NCBI GenBank assembly: GCA_041687695.1
Contig: JAWLBL010000010.1
Coordinates: forward strand, 34,676-98,675
Length of the DNA: 64,000 nt
Source of the DNA: Myxococcota bacterium
GTDB taxonomy: Bacteria; Myxococcota_A; UBA9042; PHBI01; JAWLBL01
Reading direction: 5' to 3'
Shown here one piece after another: positions 52,816 through 61,174 of this stretch; the stretch's first letter is position 1, and each line of letters starts with the position of its first letter. A program made the translations under genes and the position numbers. The notes under the pieces were generated by a model. It was not told where the DNA came from and did no database searches. It saw nothing but the letters and a program-made list of their open reading frames with translations.

Positions 52816-53718
52816 ATGGATGGGCGCATGTGTGACCCCCGTCACGCCGCGATCCTGCTGGCCGCCGCCCTGCTGACCACGGCCACACCACGGGCCCTCG
52901 CCTCGGGACCCGCGCCGGTCGCGGCCACCGAGGACGTCCCGCCGGCCGATCGATTCGAGGCCCGTGAACGCCCGAGCGCCAGCCGCTGGTACGGATGGCA
53001 GACCGCCGTGGTGGACGTCGGCTCGGTCGCGACGATGCCCATCGTCATCGGCGTCGGCGGGTACCTCTTCGGCGCGCCCATCGTGCATGCCCACAACGAC
53101 AACCCCGAGGCCGCCGGCACCAGCCTCGCGCTGCGCCTCGTCTTGCCCGTGCTCGGCGGCGTCGTCGGCGGCCACCTGGCCGACGACCACGAGGCGGCCG
53201 GTCGCGTCGGCGGCGTCGTCAGCGGCGCGCTCGCGGCCATGGTCATCGACATGCTGCTGCTGAGCTGGCACGACCCGGCCGCGGCCCCGGGGCTGCGCGC
53301 ACGAGGCGACGACCTCGAGCCGTCCAGGTCCTCGCCAGGCCTCGTGTCCGACGCCTCACTCCGGATCGGCGGGTTCGCGCTGGCCAGCGAGTCGGCCGTC
53401 CTCGTCGGTCCTCGCCTGGCCGTCCACTTCGTCCCAGAGGTCGCCCTCGAGGCCGCCGTGGGCTTTGAGGTCGACGCTCCGCGCGACCCGGCCTTCGGGG
53501 TCGACCTGCGCTGGCGCCCGTACGCCACCAGCGAGCCGGTGACCCCGACCCTGGGGATGGGTTACCTGCGGCTGGACGACCCGCTCCGGCCGGATCGCCT
53601 CGTCGGCTCGGTGGGAGTCGACTGGCAGATCGCTCGGCCGTTGCACCTGACTGCCACGCTGTCCCTCGACGGCCACGACCTCTGGCTCGGCCTCGGCGCC
53701 AGCTGGGGCCCGAAGTGA
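52816..53718 (+). CDS. Hypothetical exported protein: glycine-zipper-like region plus small OMP-like beta-barrel
   Basis: Signal peptide; RWYGWQT..PIVH..GGVVGG; alternating beta-strands ending LGLGASW; start 52816 or 52828. Confidence 0.65.
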   Translation: MDGRMCDPRHAAILLAAALLTTATPRALASGPAPVAATEDVPPADRFEARERPSASRWYGWQTAVVDVGSVATMPIVIGVGGYLFGAPIVHAHNDNPEAAGTSLALRLVLPVLGGVVGGHLADDHEAAGRVGGVVSGALAAMVIDMLLLSWHDPAAAPGLRARGDDLEPSRSSPGLVSDASLRIGGFALASESAVLVGPRLAVHFVPEVALEAAVGFEVDAPRDPAFGVDLRWRPYATSEPVTPTLGMGYLRLDDPLRPDRLVGSVGVDWQIARPLHLTATLSLDGHDLWLGLGASWGPK

Positions 53719-53781
53719 GGGCTGCGCTCGTCGAGGACGGCGCCGGGCTGTCGGCCAGCGTCGGCTACGCCTTCTGAGCGG

Positions 53782-55281
53782 TCACTCGGTCTCGTTGTCG
53801 ACGTAGAACGCCGACTGACCGTCGAGCCAGCAGTCTCCGTCAGCCGCGCCCGGGGAAGCGAAGACCGTTCGGCGGAAGGTCGACCAGACGCCGTCGCAGT
53901 CGAGGTCGGCCTGCGCCTCCAGGACCATCTCGGCGTCGGCGCCCTGGCCCTTGGACTCGATGCGGTAGCGGAAGTAGTGGGGCCCGGTCATCTGGAAGGA
54001 CAGGGCGGCCCAGGTCGGGTCGGACCAGGCCGACGCGTCGGCCGGGTACATCTGGTTGGGGTGGTCGCAGGGCGAACCCTTGGGGGTCCACTCGGTCGAG
54101 GGTGGGAACTGGCACGGCAGCTTGCGGCCGTCGGCGGCGACCTTGGGCGTCGTGTAGTAGACCGCCGCGCCCTTGTAGAGCTTGTCGATGTGATCGGTGG
54201 CCTCGGTCGTCCTGGCGCGGCGCGTGTACTTCAGGAACGCGGGCACCGCGACGACGGCCCAGTAGCCCAGGAGCGTGGAGCCGGACGACAGGCCCGTGTC
54301 GGCCCGGACGAGCAGCGTCGAGCCGGCGCGGGTGGTCTTGACGGTCTCGACGAGGCGCAGGATGTGGTGGCCGCCGAGGAGGCCGGTCGCCGCGGCGGTC
54401 AGGTCGCCGGCGGTCCGCCCCTGCGCGAGCATCGCGTCGGCCTGATCACGGGTCTGGACCAGCCCCTTGCGCACCAGCTCCTCGAGGGGGGCGAGGGCCT
54501 CGGGCGGGCCGATGGCGGCCATGGCCACGATGCCGTTGGAGCCGCTGCCGGCGGCGAAGGCCTCGGCGGCCGCGCCACCAGCCCCTGTCGCGGAGAGCAG
54601 CGACGGCGCCGTCGTGCTCATGACCAGCGCGCCGGCGGGCAGCCCCAGCGCCTTGCGTGCCTTGGCATGGCTCGCGGCGGCCGGCGACCCGGCCAGCCTG
54701 GGCAGCTCTCCGCGCTGCACGCGCGCGAGGCGGCCGAGCCCGGCCTCGTTCCCGATGACGGCGTGACCACCCACGAAGGTCAGCAGGAGCTGCGGCCCGA
54801 CGGCCCAGGCCTCGAGCCCGCCCACCTGACGCGACGTGCCTTGCGGCCGCTCCTTGGAGAAGCGGCCCGACAGCACGACGGCGGCGGCGCCCTCGTCGAG
54901 CGACACGAACGCGGCGAGGTCCACCAGGCCGCCGAGGTCCACGCCGTACAGGCGCTTGGTCATGGCGCCGAAGTCGGCCCGCAGCGCCGGATCGTCCTTG
55001 CGCCCGGGCAGCAGCCCGAACATGCGGACCGCGATCTCCTGGAACAGCGGCCCCCACGCGGCCGTGAGCACGACGTCCGCGTCGGCGGGGAGCAGCGCGC
55101 TGGCCGCCGCCAACGGGTCCGCGGCCCCTCGGGCGTCTCGAGGTGCGTCGTCGGTGGGCGCCTCGGCGAGCGCGAGCGGCGCCTCGACGCGCTGCGGCTG
55201 GGCTTGCTGGGCCGTCTTCTGGCACGCGGGCATCGACAGGAGCCCCGCCAACGCGGAGGCGGTCAGGACGTGAAGGCGCAT
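53782..55281 (-). CDS. Lipoprotein with C-terminal type IV pilin-like domain
   Basis: SMPAC lipobox; AVVAVPAFLKYTRRARTTEA..KLYKGAAVYY..W.AL.F..YFRY..ADLDCDG. Confidence 0.75.
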   Translation of the reverse strand: MRLHVLTASALAGLLSMPACQKTAQQAQPQRVEAPLALAEAPTDDAPRDARGAADPLAAASALLPADADVVLTAAWGPLFQEIAVRMFGLLPGRKDDPALRADFGAMTKRLYGVDLGGLVDLAAFVSLDEGAAAVVLSGRFSKERPQGTSRQVGGLEAWAVGPQLLLTFVGGHAVIGNEAGLGRLARVQRGELPRLAGSPAAASHAKARKALGLPAGALVMSTTAPSLLSATGAGGAAAEAFAAGSGSNGIVAMAAIGPPEALAPLEELVRKGLVQTRDQADAMLAQGRTAGDLTAAATGLLGGHHILRLVETVKTTRAGSTLLVRADTGLSSGSTLLGYWAVVAVPAFLKYTRRARTTEATDHIDKLYKGAAVYYTTPKVAADGRKLPCQFPPSTEWTPKGSPCDHPNQMYPADASAWSDPTWAALSFQMTGPHYFRYRIESKGQGADAEMVLEAQADLDCDGVWSTFRRTVFASPGAADGDCWLDGQSAFYVDNETE

Positions 55282-55428
55282 CGAAGTGTCTCCGGGCTCG
55301 CGCGGCGCGCATCGAGGGTACAAGCCTCGGTGCTACCGCATCCTGGCCGGGTCGGCAACCCCGCCTCGAGCGTCGACGACGGCGTTCGCCCGGCGGGAGC
55401 GAGGTCGACCCGCTGGGCGACCCGTCAA

Positions 55429-57639
55429 CTAGAAGTACTGGAGCGTCGGCGAGCTCTGGCCGTAGATGTCGCTCCCCCAGCAGACCGCCAGGCCGTCCGT
55501 GCGGACCCCGCAGACGTGGTAGCCCCCGGCGCTGACGCTCTCGAAGGTGCCCTCGGGCGGCGTCGCCTGCCCGTAGCCGTCGTCGCCCCAGCAGGCCACC
55601 GTCCCGTCGGTGCGCACGCCGCAGGAGACGCTGAACCCCGCGCTGACGCTCTGGAAGGTGTCCGGGGGCGGCGTCGCCTGCCCGTAGCTGTCGTCGCCCC
55701 AGCAGGCCGCGGTGCCGTCCGTGCGGACCCCGCAGGAGTGGTGCTCCCCGGCGCTGACGCTCTGGAAGGTGCCCGTGGGGGGGGAGGCCTGGCCGTTGCC
55801 GTCGAACCCCCAGCAGACGACGGCGTCGTCCGCGCGGATGCCGCAGGTGTGGCTGAGCCCCGCGCTGACGCTCTGGAAGGTGCCCGCGGGGGGCGAGGCC
55901 TGGCCCTGTAGGCTGGCCCCCCAGCAGGCCAGGGTGCCGTCCGTGCGCAGGCCGCAGGTGTGGTAGGCCCCGGCGCTGACCTCCTGGAAGGTGCCTGGGG
56001 GCGGCGAGGCCTGGCCGTGGTCGCCATACCCCGCGCAGGCCACCGTGCCATCCGTGCGGATCCAGCAGGTGTGGCCGGCCGTTTCGCCGTTACTCGCGCC
56101 GACGCCCATGACGGGGTAGAGCGGCGTCGTCGACTCCCCGAGGTAGTCGTCTCCCCAGCAGGCTCCCGTGCCGTACACGTCTATCGCGCAGGTGTGCTCG
56201 TACCCTGCGCTGAGGCTCGCGAGGGGGCCGAGGACCTTGGCTCGGCCGTGGAGGTTGTTGCCCCAGCAGATGATGCCTCCGTTCGACTTCGCTCCGCAGG
56301 TGTGCACCCATGACCCGCTGGCGCTCAGGAAGGTGCCTGAAGGCGACGCCGACTGGCCGCTCTTGTTCCATCCCCAACAGGCGAGCGTGCCGTCCGTCCG
56401 GACGCCGCAGTTGTGCCGCTCCCCCGCGAAGACGCTCGAGAAGGTGCCCTGTGGCGGCGTCGATTGGCCGTCCGAGTTGTCCCCCCAGCAGGCGAGCGTG
56501 CCGTCCGTCCGGACGCCGCAGGTGTGGAACTCCCCCGCGCTGACGTCCTCGAAGGTGCCCTCGGGCGGCGTCGACTGGCCGTAGTTGTTTCTCCCCCAGC
56601 AGACGACCGTGCCGTCCGTTCGCACGCCGCAGCTGTGGTGGCCCCCGCACGCGACGTCCTCAAAGGTGCCTGACGGTGCCGAAGACTGGCCATAGATGTT
56701 CGTCCCGAAGCAGACCACCGTGTCGTCCGAGCGGAGGCCGCAGACGTAGCCCCACCCCACGCTGACGCGCTTGAAGGTGCCGGCGGGCGGCGTCCCGCCT
56801 GCATCTCCCCAGCACGCCATCGTGCCGTCCGTGCGAAGCCCGCAGATTCCATAGTACCCCGCGCTGATGCTCCGGAAGCTGCCCGGGGGCGGCCCGCCGA
56901 TGTTTCCCCAACAGGTCACGGCCCCGCCCGTGCCGATGACGCAGGTGAATTGGGTAGCAACGGCCAGGATGTCACCGCCCCCGCCGGAGCACCCCGAGTT
57001 GTCGACCGTGCAGTCGGCGTTGCAGACCACCGAGCCCTGCAAGAACCCGAAGTCGTCGCATTGGCCGCTGTCCGACGCGTACTCCGAGCCGTCACACTGC
57101 TCGGTGGGTTGGTTCAGGACGCCGTCGCCGCAGGTGGGAAGGTCCTCCACGTCCGACTCGGCGGCGTCCGACTCGGCGGCGTCCGACTCGACCGTCTCCG
57201 GTTCGGCGTCCGTGTCGGTGAGGTCCGCGTCGGCCAGGTCAGCGTCGGCGATGTCCGCGTCGGCGGTGTCCGCCTCGACGGTGTCCGTGTCGGCGATGTC
57301 CGCGTCGGCGATGTCCGCGTCGGCGGTGTCCGCCTCGACGGTGTCCGTGTCGATCGTGTCCGTCTCGACAGTGTCCGAGTCGCCCGTGTCCGGGTCGACC
57401 GTTTCGGGTTCGACGGTGTCCCATTCGCCGGCGTCCGACTCGCCGGTGTCCGACCCGCCCGTGCCGCTGTCCGGGTCACCATCGGCCTTGGCATCGGTGT
57501 GAACGCCCGTGTCGCCGAGGTCGGAGTCGACCGGGGCGCAGCTCCCGTCCTCGGCGCGCCGAGAGCCCGTCTCGCACGGATCCGTCGAGCAGCCGGTCGC
57601 CGCCAGCGTGACCACGATCAGCATGAACAGCAACCGCAT
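55429..57639 (-). CDS. RCC1-repeat lipoprotein with acidic linker and Cys-rich (CGDG) repeat
   Basis: AATGC lipobox; DTADAD repeats; CGDGVLNQPTEQCDG; about 13 37-aa repeats FxxVSAGxxHTCGxRTDGTxxCWG. Confidence 0.9.
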   Translation of the reverse strand: MRLLFMLIVVTLAATGCSTDPCETGSRRAEDGSCAPVDSDLGDTGVHTDAKADGDPDSGTGGSDTGESDAGEWDTVEPETVDPDTGDSDTVETDTIDTDTVEADTADADIADADIADTDTVEADTADADIADADLADADLTDTDAEPETVESDAAESDAAESDVEDLPTCGDGVLNQPTEQCDGSEYASDSGQCDDFGFLQGSVVCNADCTVDNSGCSGGGGDILAVATQFTCVIGTGGAVTCWGNIGGPPPGSFRSISAGYYGICGLRTDGTMACWGDAGGTPPAGTFKRVSVGWGYVCGLRSDDTVVCFGTNIYGQSSAPSGTFEDVACGGHHSCGVRTDGTVVCWGRNNYGQSTPPEGTFEDVSAGEFHTCGVRTDGTLACWGDNSDGQSTPPQGTFSSVFAGERHNCGVRTDGTLACWGWNKSGQSASPSGTFLSASGSWVHTCGAKSNGGIICWGNNLHGRAKVLGPLASLSAGYEHTCAIDVYGTGACWGDDYLGESTTPLYPVMGVGASNGETAGHTCWIRTDGTVACAGYGDHGQASPPPGTFQEVSAGAYHTCGLRTDGTLACWGASLQGQASPPAGTFQSVSAGLSHTCGIRADDAVVCWGFDGNGQASPPTGTFQSVSAGEHHSCGVRTDGTAACWGDDSYGQATPPPDTFQSVSAGFSVSCGVRTDGTVACWGDDGYGQATPPEGTFESVSAGGYHVCGVRTDGLAVCWGSDIYGQSSPTLQYF

Positions 57640-57824
57640 GGGCGCCTCGCTGCGGGCTCGCGGCCCGCGAGAGCCAACAACTACGAGAGGGGACCGAGGA
57701 CGGAGTGCCGCGAGGTTACCACGAGGACGCGACTTGCACCTGCGGTTTCTCGGCGGCGGCGCCGTCCCTGCGGCGGCCTTGCTGCGAGGGGGCGCTCCGC
57801 ATCCTGCAATGCGTCACGCTGGTC

Positions 57825-57930
57825 ACGGTCCCCGGCCTCGGTGCCCGGCCCCGGTGCCCGGCCTCGGTGCCCGGCCCCGGTCCTCGGCCCCGGTGCCCGG
57901 CCACGGTGCCCGGCCACGCTCCCGGTCCCC
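57825..57930. repeat. Intergenic degenerate 12-mer tract (cccggcc[tca]cggtg)
   Basis: Directly visible in sequence. Confidence 0.75.
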
Positions 57931-58036
57931 CCCAGCCTTCGGCCCGACCCGCTGCGGCTTCGACGCCCGGGGCTCCGCAGCCGACCCAGACTGTGGTATG
58001 GCGCGCGGCGATTCCCCAGAACCCTCGGAGCCTGCC

Positions 58037-59161
58037 ATGTCCGCGTCCCCCGCCGTCCGCAACGCCGCCGCCGACCGCCCCGTCAACTTCAGCGCCGGGC
58101 CGGCCATCCTGCCGCTCGAGGTGCTCGAGGAGGCCGCCCGCGGCGTCATCGCGCTCGACGGCATCGGCCTGAGCGTCATGGAGATCAGCCACCGCTCGGC
58201 CGCCTTCGAGACGATCTACGAGCGCGCCCACGAGGGCCTCAAGCGCCTCCTGCGCGTGCCCGACACCCACGAGGTCCTCTTCCTGCAGGGCGGGGCGCGC
58301 GGTCAGTTCGCGCAGGTGCCGCTCAACTTCCTGAAGCAGGGGCAGACCGCCCGCTTCGTGGTCTCGGGCTACTGGGCCCAGGGCGCCCTGGAAGAGGCCG
58401 CCACCCTCGGCCAGGCCGAGGCGCTGGTCTCCAGCGAGGATCGGCAGTTCGCCGAGCTGCCCAGCCTCGATGGCGTCGACATCCCCAAGGGCACGGCCTA
58501 CGTCCACACCACCTCGAACAACACGCTGTACGGCACCCAGTGGCCCCAGATGCCGTCGTTCGGCCCGGACGTCCGCCACGTCTGCGACATGAGCTCGGAC
58601 ATCCTCTCGCGCCCCATCGACGTCAGCGACTACGCGCTCATCTACGCCGGCGCCCAGAAGAACGCCGGCCCCTCGGGCATCACCATCGTCATCGTCGACA
58701 AGCAGTGGATGGCCGAGGGGCGCCAGGACATCCCGAAGATCTGGCGCTACGACGTCATGGCCAAGAACCAGTCGATGTACAACACGCCGCCGACCTTCGC
58801 GATCTACTGCGTCGATCTGGTCGCCCAGTGGCTCGAGGGCCTCGGTGGGCTCGACGCCATCGCCGAGCGCAACGAGACCAAGGCGCGCCTGCTGTACGAC
58901 GCCATCGACGGCTCGGGCGGCTTCTACCGCGGCACGGTCACCCGCCCCGAGCACCGCTCGCGCATGACGGTGACCTACCGCCTGCCCTCCGAGCAGCTCG
59001 ACAAGCAGTTCGTCGCCGAGAGCGCCGGCCAGGGCCTGGTCGGGCTCAAGGGCCACCGGGCCGTCGGCGGCATCCGCGCGTCCATCTACAACGCGATGGA
59101 CGTGGCGGGCGTCGAGCGCCTGGTGGACTTCATGCAGGACTTCGCCCGCCGCCACGGCTGA
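58037..59161 (+). CDS. serC: Phosphoserine aminotransferase
   Basis: NFSAGPA, VMEISHRS, LQGG, DMSS, AGAQKNAGPSG, NTPP, GHRAVGGIRASIYNA. Confidence 0.97.
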   Translation: MSASPAVRNAAADRPVNFSAGPAILPLEVLEEAARGVIALDGIGLSVMEISHRSAAFETIYERAHEGLKRLLRVPDTHEVLFLQGGARGQFAQVPLNFLKQGQTARFVVSGYWAQGALEEAATLGQAEALVSSEDRQFAELPSLDGVDIPKGTAYVHTTSNNTLYGTQWPQMPSFGPDVRHVCDMSSDILSRPIDVSDYALIYAGAQKNAGPSGITIVIVDKQWMAEGRQDIPKIWRYDVMAKNQSMYNTPPTFAIYCVDLVAQWLEGLGGLDAIAERNETKARLLYDAIDGSGGFYRGTVTRPEHRSRMTVTYRLPSEQLDKQFVAESAGQGLVGLKGHRAVGGIRASIYNAMDVAGVERLVDFMQDFARRHG

Positions 59162-59177
59162 GGCGAGCGGCGAAGGC

Positions 59178-61052
59178 TCAGGACCTCAGGCGCGCCAGGA
59201 CGTTGTCCAGCTCCTCGCGCGCGATGAGGTCGAACACCTCGAGCCGGTCGCCGTGGTCGCGGATGAGCGCGCGGTGGTGCAGCCCCGCACGCAGCGTCCA
59301 CACCCCGTCGCAGCCCTCCATGCGCTTGGCCTCGCGCACCCACTTGCCGCCGGCCAGCTGCTCGACCTGCACCCGGACGCGCGCGATGGTGCTGTCGGCC
59401 AGCCGCTGCGCGGCGCTCTCGAAGTCGTGCGAGTAGCTGATGGGGCGGGGCGCCGCGGCCGCCTGCAGGGCCTCGGCCGTCTCGTTCGTCGAGCTCTCGA
59501 TGACCGTCGCCACGTCGTCGAGCCCCTGAGAGCGGCGCAGCAGGCGCGTCCGCTCGCGCTCGCGCAGCTCGTCGAGCCGCCGCTCGGCCTCGCGCCGCTG
59601 GTCGTGCTGCTGCTTGAGCTCGTCCTTGAGGCGCTTCATCTCGATGCGCAGCGCCTCGGTCGACCCGTCCGTGCGCCGCGACTCGCTCCAGGCCGTCTCG
59701 GCCCGCTTGCGCAGCGCGTGCTCGGCCTCGAGCGCGTCGCGCAGGCGCTTGTTCTCGCGCTCGAGCCCCGCCACCTGCTGCATGAGCCGCGCCAGCTCGG
59801 CCGCGCGCGGGTCGGCCGCCGCCGCGCTGGGTTGCCGCGCGATGGCCGTCCGGCCGAACGCCGGCGACAGCAGGGCGTCCAGGCGGTGCACGAGGTCCCC
59901 CCGGGCGTCGTCGGCCGCGTCGCCGTGCAGCGCCAGCCGGACCAGCAGGAACGCGAGCCGCGTCTCGCCGGCCTGCGCCAGCGCCGCCGCCGCCCAGGGC
60001 AGGTCGGCCTGCGTGGACGCGCCCTCGACGGCGGCCTCGGCGAAGCGCAGCGCCGCGGCCCGGTCGTCCGACAGGCGCACCACGTCCGCCGCGCTGTGGC
60101 GGCCGGCGACCAGGAGCAGCTCGCTCATCGCCTCGGGCAGCTGCCGGTACAGGTCGGCGGGCGCCGCCTTGAGCCACGACGCGACCGGCACGTGCCGGCG
60201 CAGCACGCGCTCGACGTCGCGCGCCTCGAGCGCGCCGCGGCGCCAGCCCAGGGTCAGCACCTCGGCCAGCGCGTCCGGATCGCCGCCGGCCACGGCCGCT
60301 CGCAGCTCCAGCTCGTCGCTCGGCGCCTCGGGCAGCGGCCAGTACAGGGTCTCGCCCGGCCGCGGCCCGCCGTCCGCCAGGCGCGCCTGGCACAGCTCGG
60401 CCACCCGGGGCTCGTGCTCTCGGAACAGGAACAGCTCGGCCGGCGTGATGCCCGGACAGCCCGGCGCGTCCGCGCGGGGCGTCGGCACCGGCGGCTCGCC
60501 CGACCCCAGGCAGCACCGCTTGTACTTCTGACCGCTGCCGCAGGGGCACGCGTCGTTGCGGCCGACGCGGCGCGCCTCGCGTGGCTCGGGCAGCGCCGTG
60601 GGCTGCGGGGGATGTAGCAGCGTCGCCAGCGGCGCGCGCCAGGCGACGTCGGCGTCCGGGTGGTCGGCGTCCTGGGCGTAGGCGCTGGCCAGAGCGGCCG
60701 CTTCGGGAGCCAGGGCCTCGGGATCCGCCAGGGCCTCGAGGAGCGCGTCGCGTTCGGACCCGCTGGCCCGGCTGATCGCGGCGCGCATCACCCACGGCGC
60801 GAGCGCGGGCAGGCGCGCCGCCAGGGTCAGGGCCGCGGGTGGGAGGACCCCGCCGGCGCTGGCGTCGAGCCTGAGGCACGTCTCGGCGTCCTCGGTGTCC
60901 CCCGCGTCGAGCGCGGCCTCGAGCCGCGCGGCCAGCGCGCCGCGCAGATCGATGTCGCCGAAACGCCGCCGCAGGAACGGGCCGAGCCCGAGCGTGACCC
61001 CCCCACGGGCGCGCAGCTCCGTGTCGAGGGTCTGAGGCAGAGAGGAGGGCAT
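59178..61052 (-). CDS. SEC-C motif protein with coiled coil and C-terminal RelE/ParE-like domain
   Basis: VGRNDACPCGSGQKYKRCC; heptad region; C-terminal YSHDF..AKRMEG..VWTLRAG..HRAL..LEVFDLIAREEL. Confidence 0.75.
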   Translation of the reverse strand: MPSSLPQTLDTELRARGGVTLGLGPFLRRRFGDIDLRGALAARLEAALDAGDTEDAETCLRLDASAGGVLPPAALTLAARLPALAPWVMRAAISRASGSERDALLEALADPEALAPEAAALASAYAQDADHPDADVAWRAPLATLLHPPQPTALPEPREARRVGRNDACPCGSGQKYKRCCLGSGEPPVPTPRADAPGCPGITPAELFLFREHEPRVAELCQARLADGGPRPGETLYWPLPEAPSDELELRAAVAGGDPDALAEVLTLGWRRGALEARDVERVLRRHVPVASWLKAAPADLYRQLPEAMSELLLVAGRHSAADVVRLSDDRAAALRFAEAAVEGASTQADLPWAAAALAQAGETRLAFLLVRLALHGDAADDARGDLVHRLDALLSPAFGRTAIARQPSAAAADPRAAELARLMQQVAGLERENKRLRDALEAEHALRKRAETAWSESRRTDGSTEALRIEMKRLKDELKQQHDQRREAERRLDELRERERTRLLRRSQGLDDVATVIESSTNETAEALQAAAAPRPISYSHDFESAAQRLADSTIARVRVQVEQLAGGKWVREAKRMEGCDGVWTLRAGLHHRALIRDHGDRLEVFDLIAREELDNVLARLRS

Positions 61053-61174
61053 CGACCCGACTCTACACGAGGCCCCTCCAACCTCCTAAAAGGACGCCGG
61101 GTTCCGGCCGCGGCGGGCCGCCCAGCCACGCGCCGGGCTGGACTTTGTGGGGCCGGTCGGTTCAAACCTGCGGC

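Noticed and set aside
55429..57000. Diversity-generating retroelement TR/VR pair
   Set aside because: No reverse transcriptase in the window; the repeats are ordinary in-frame RCC1 units without an obvious adenine-specific pattern
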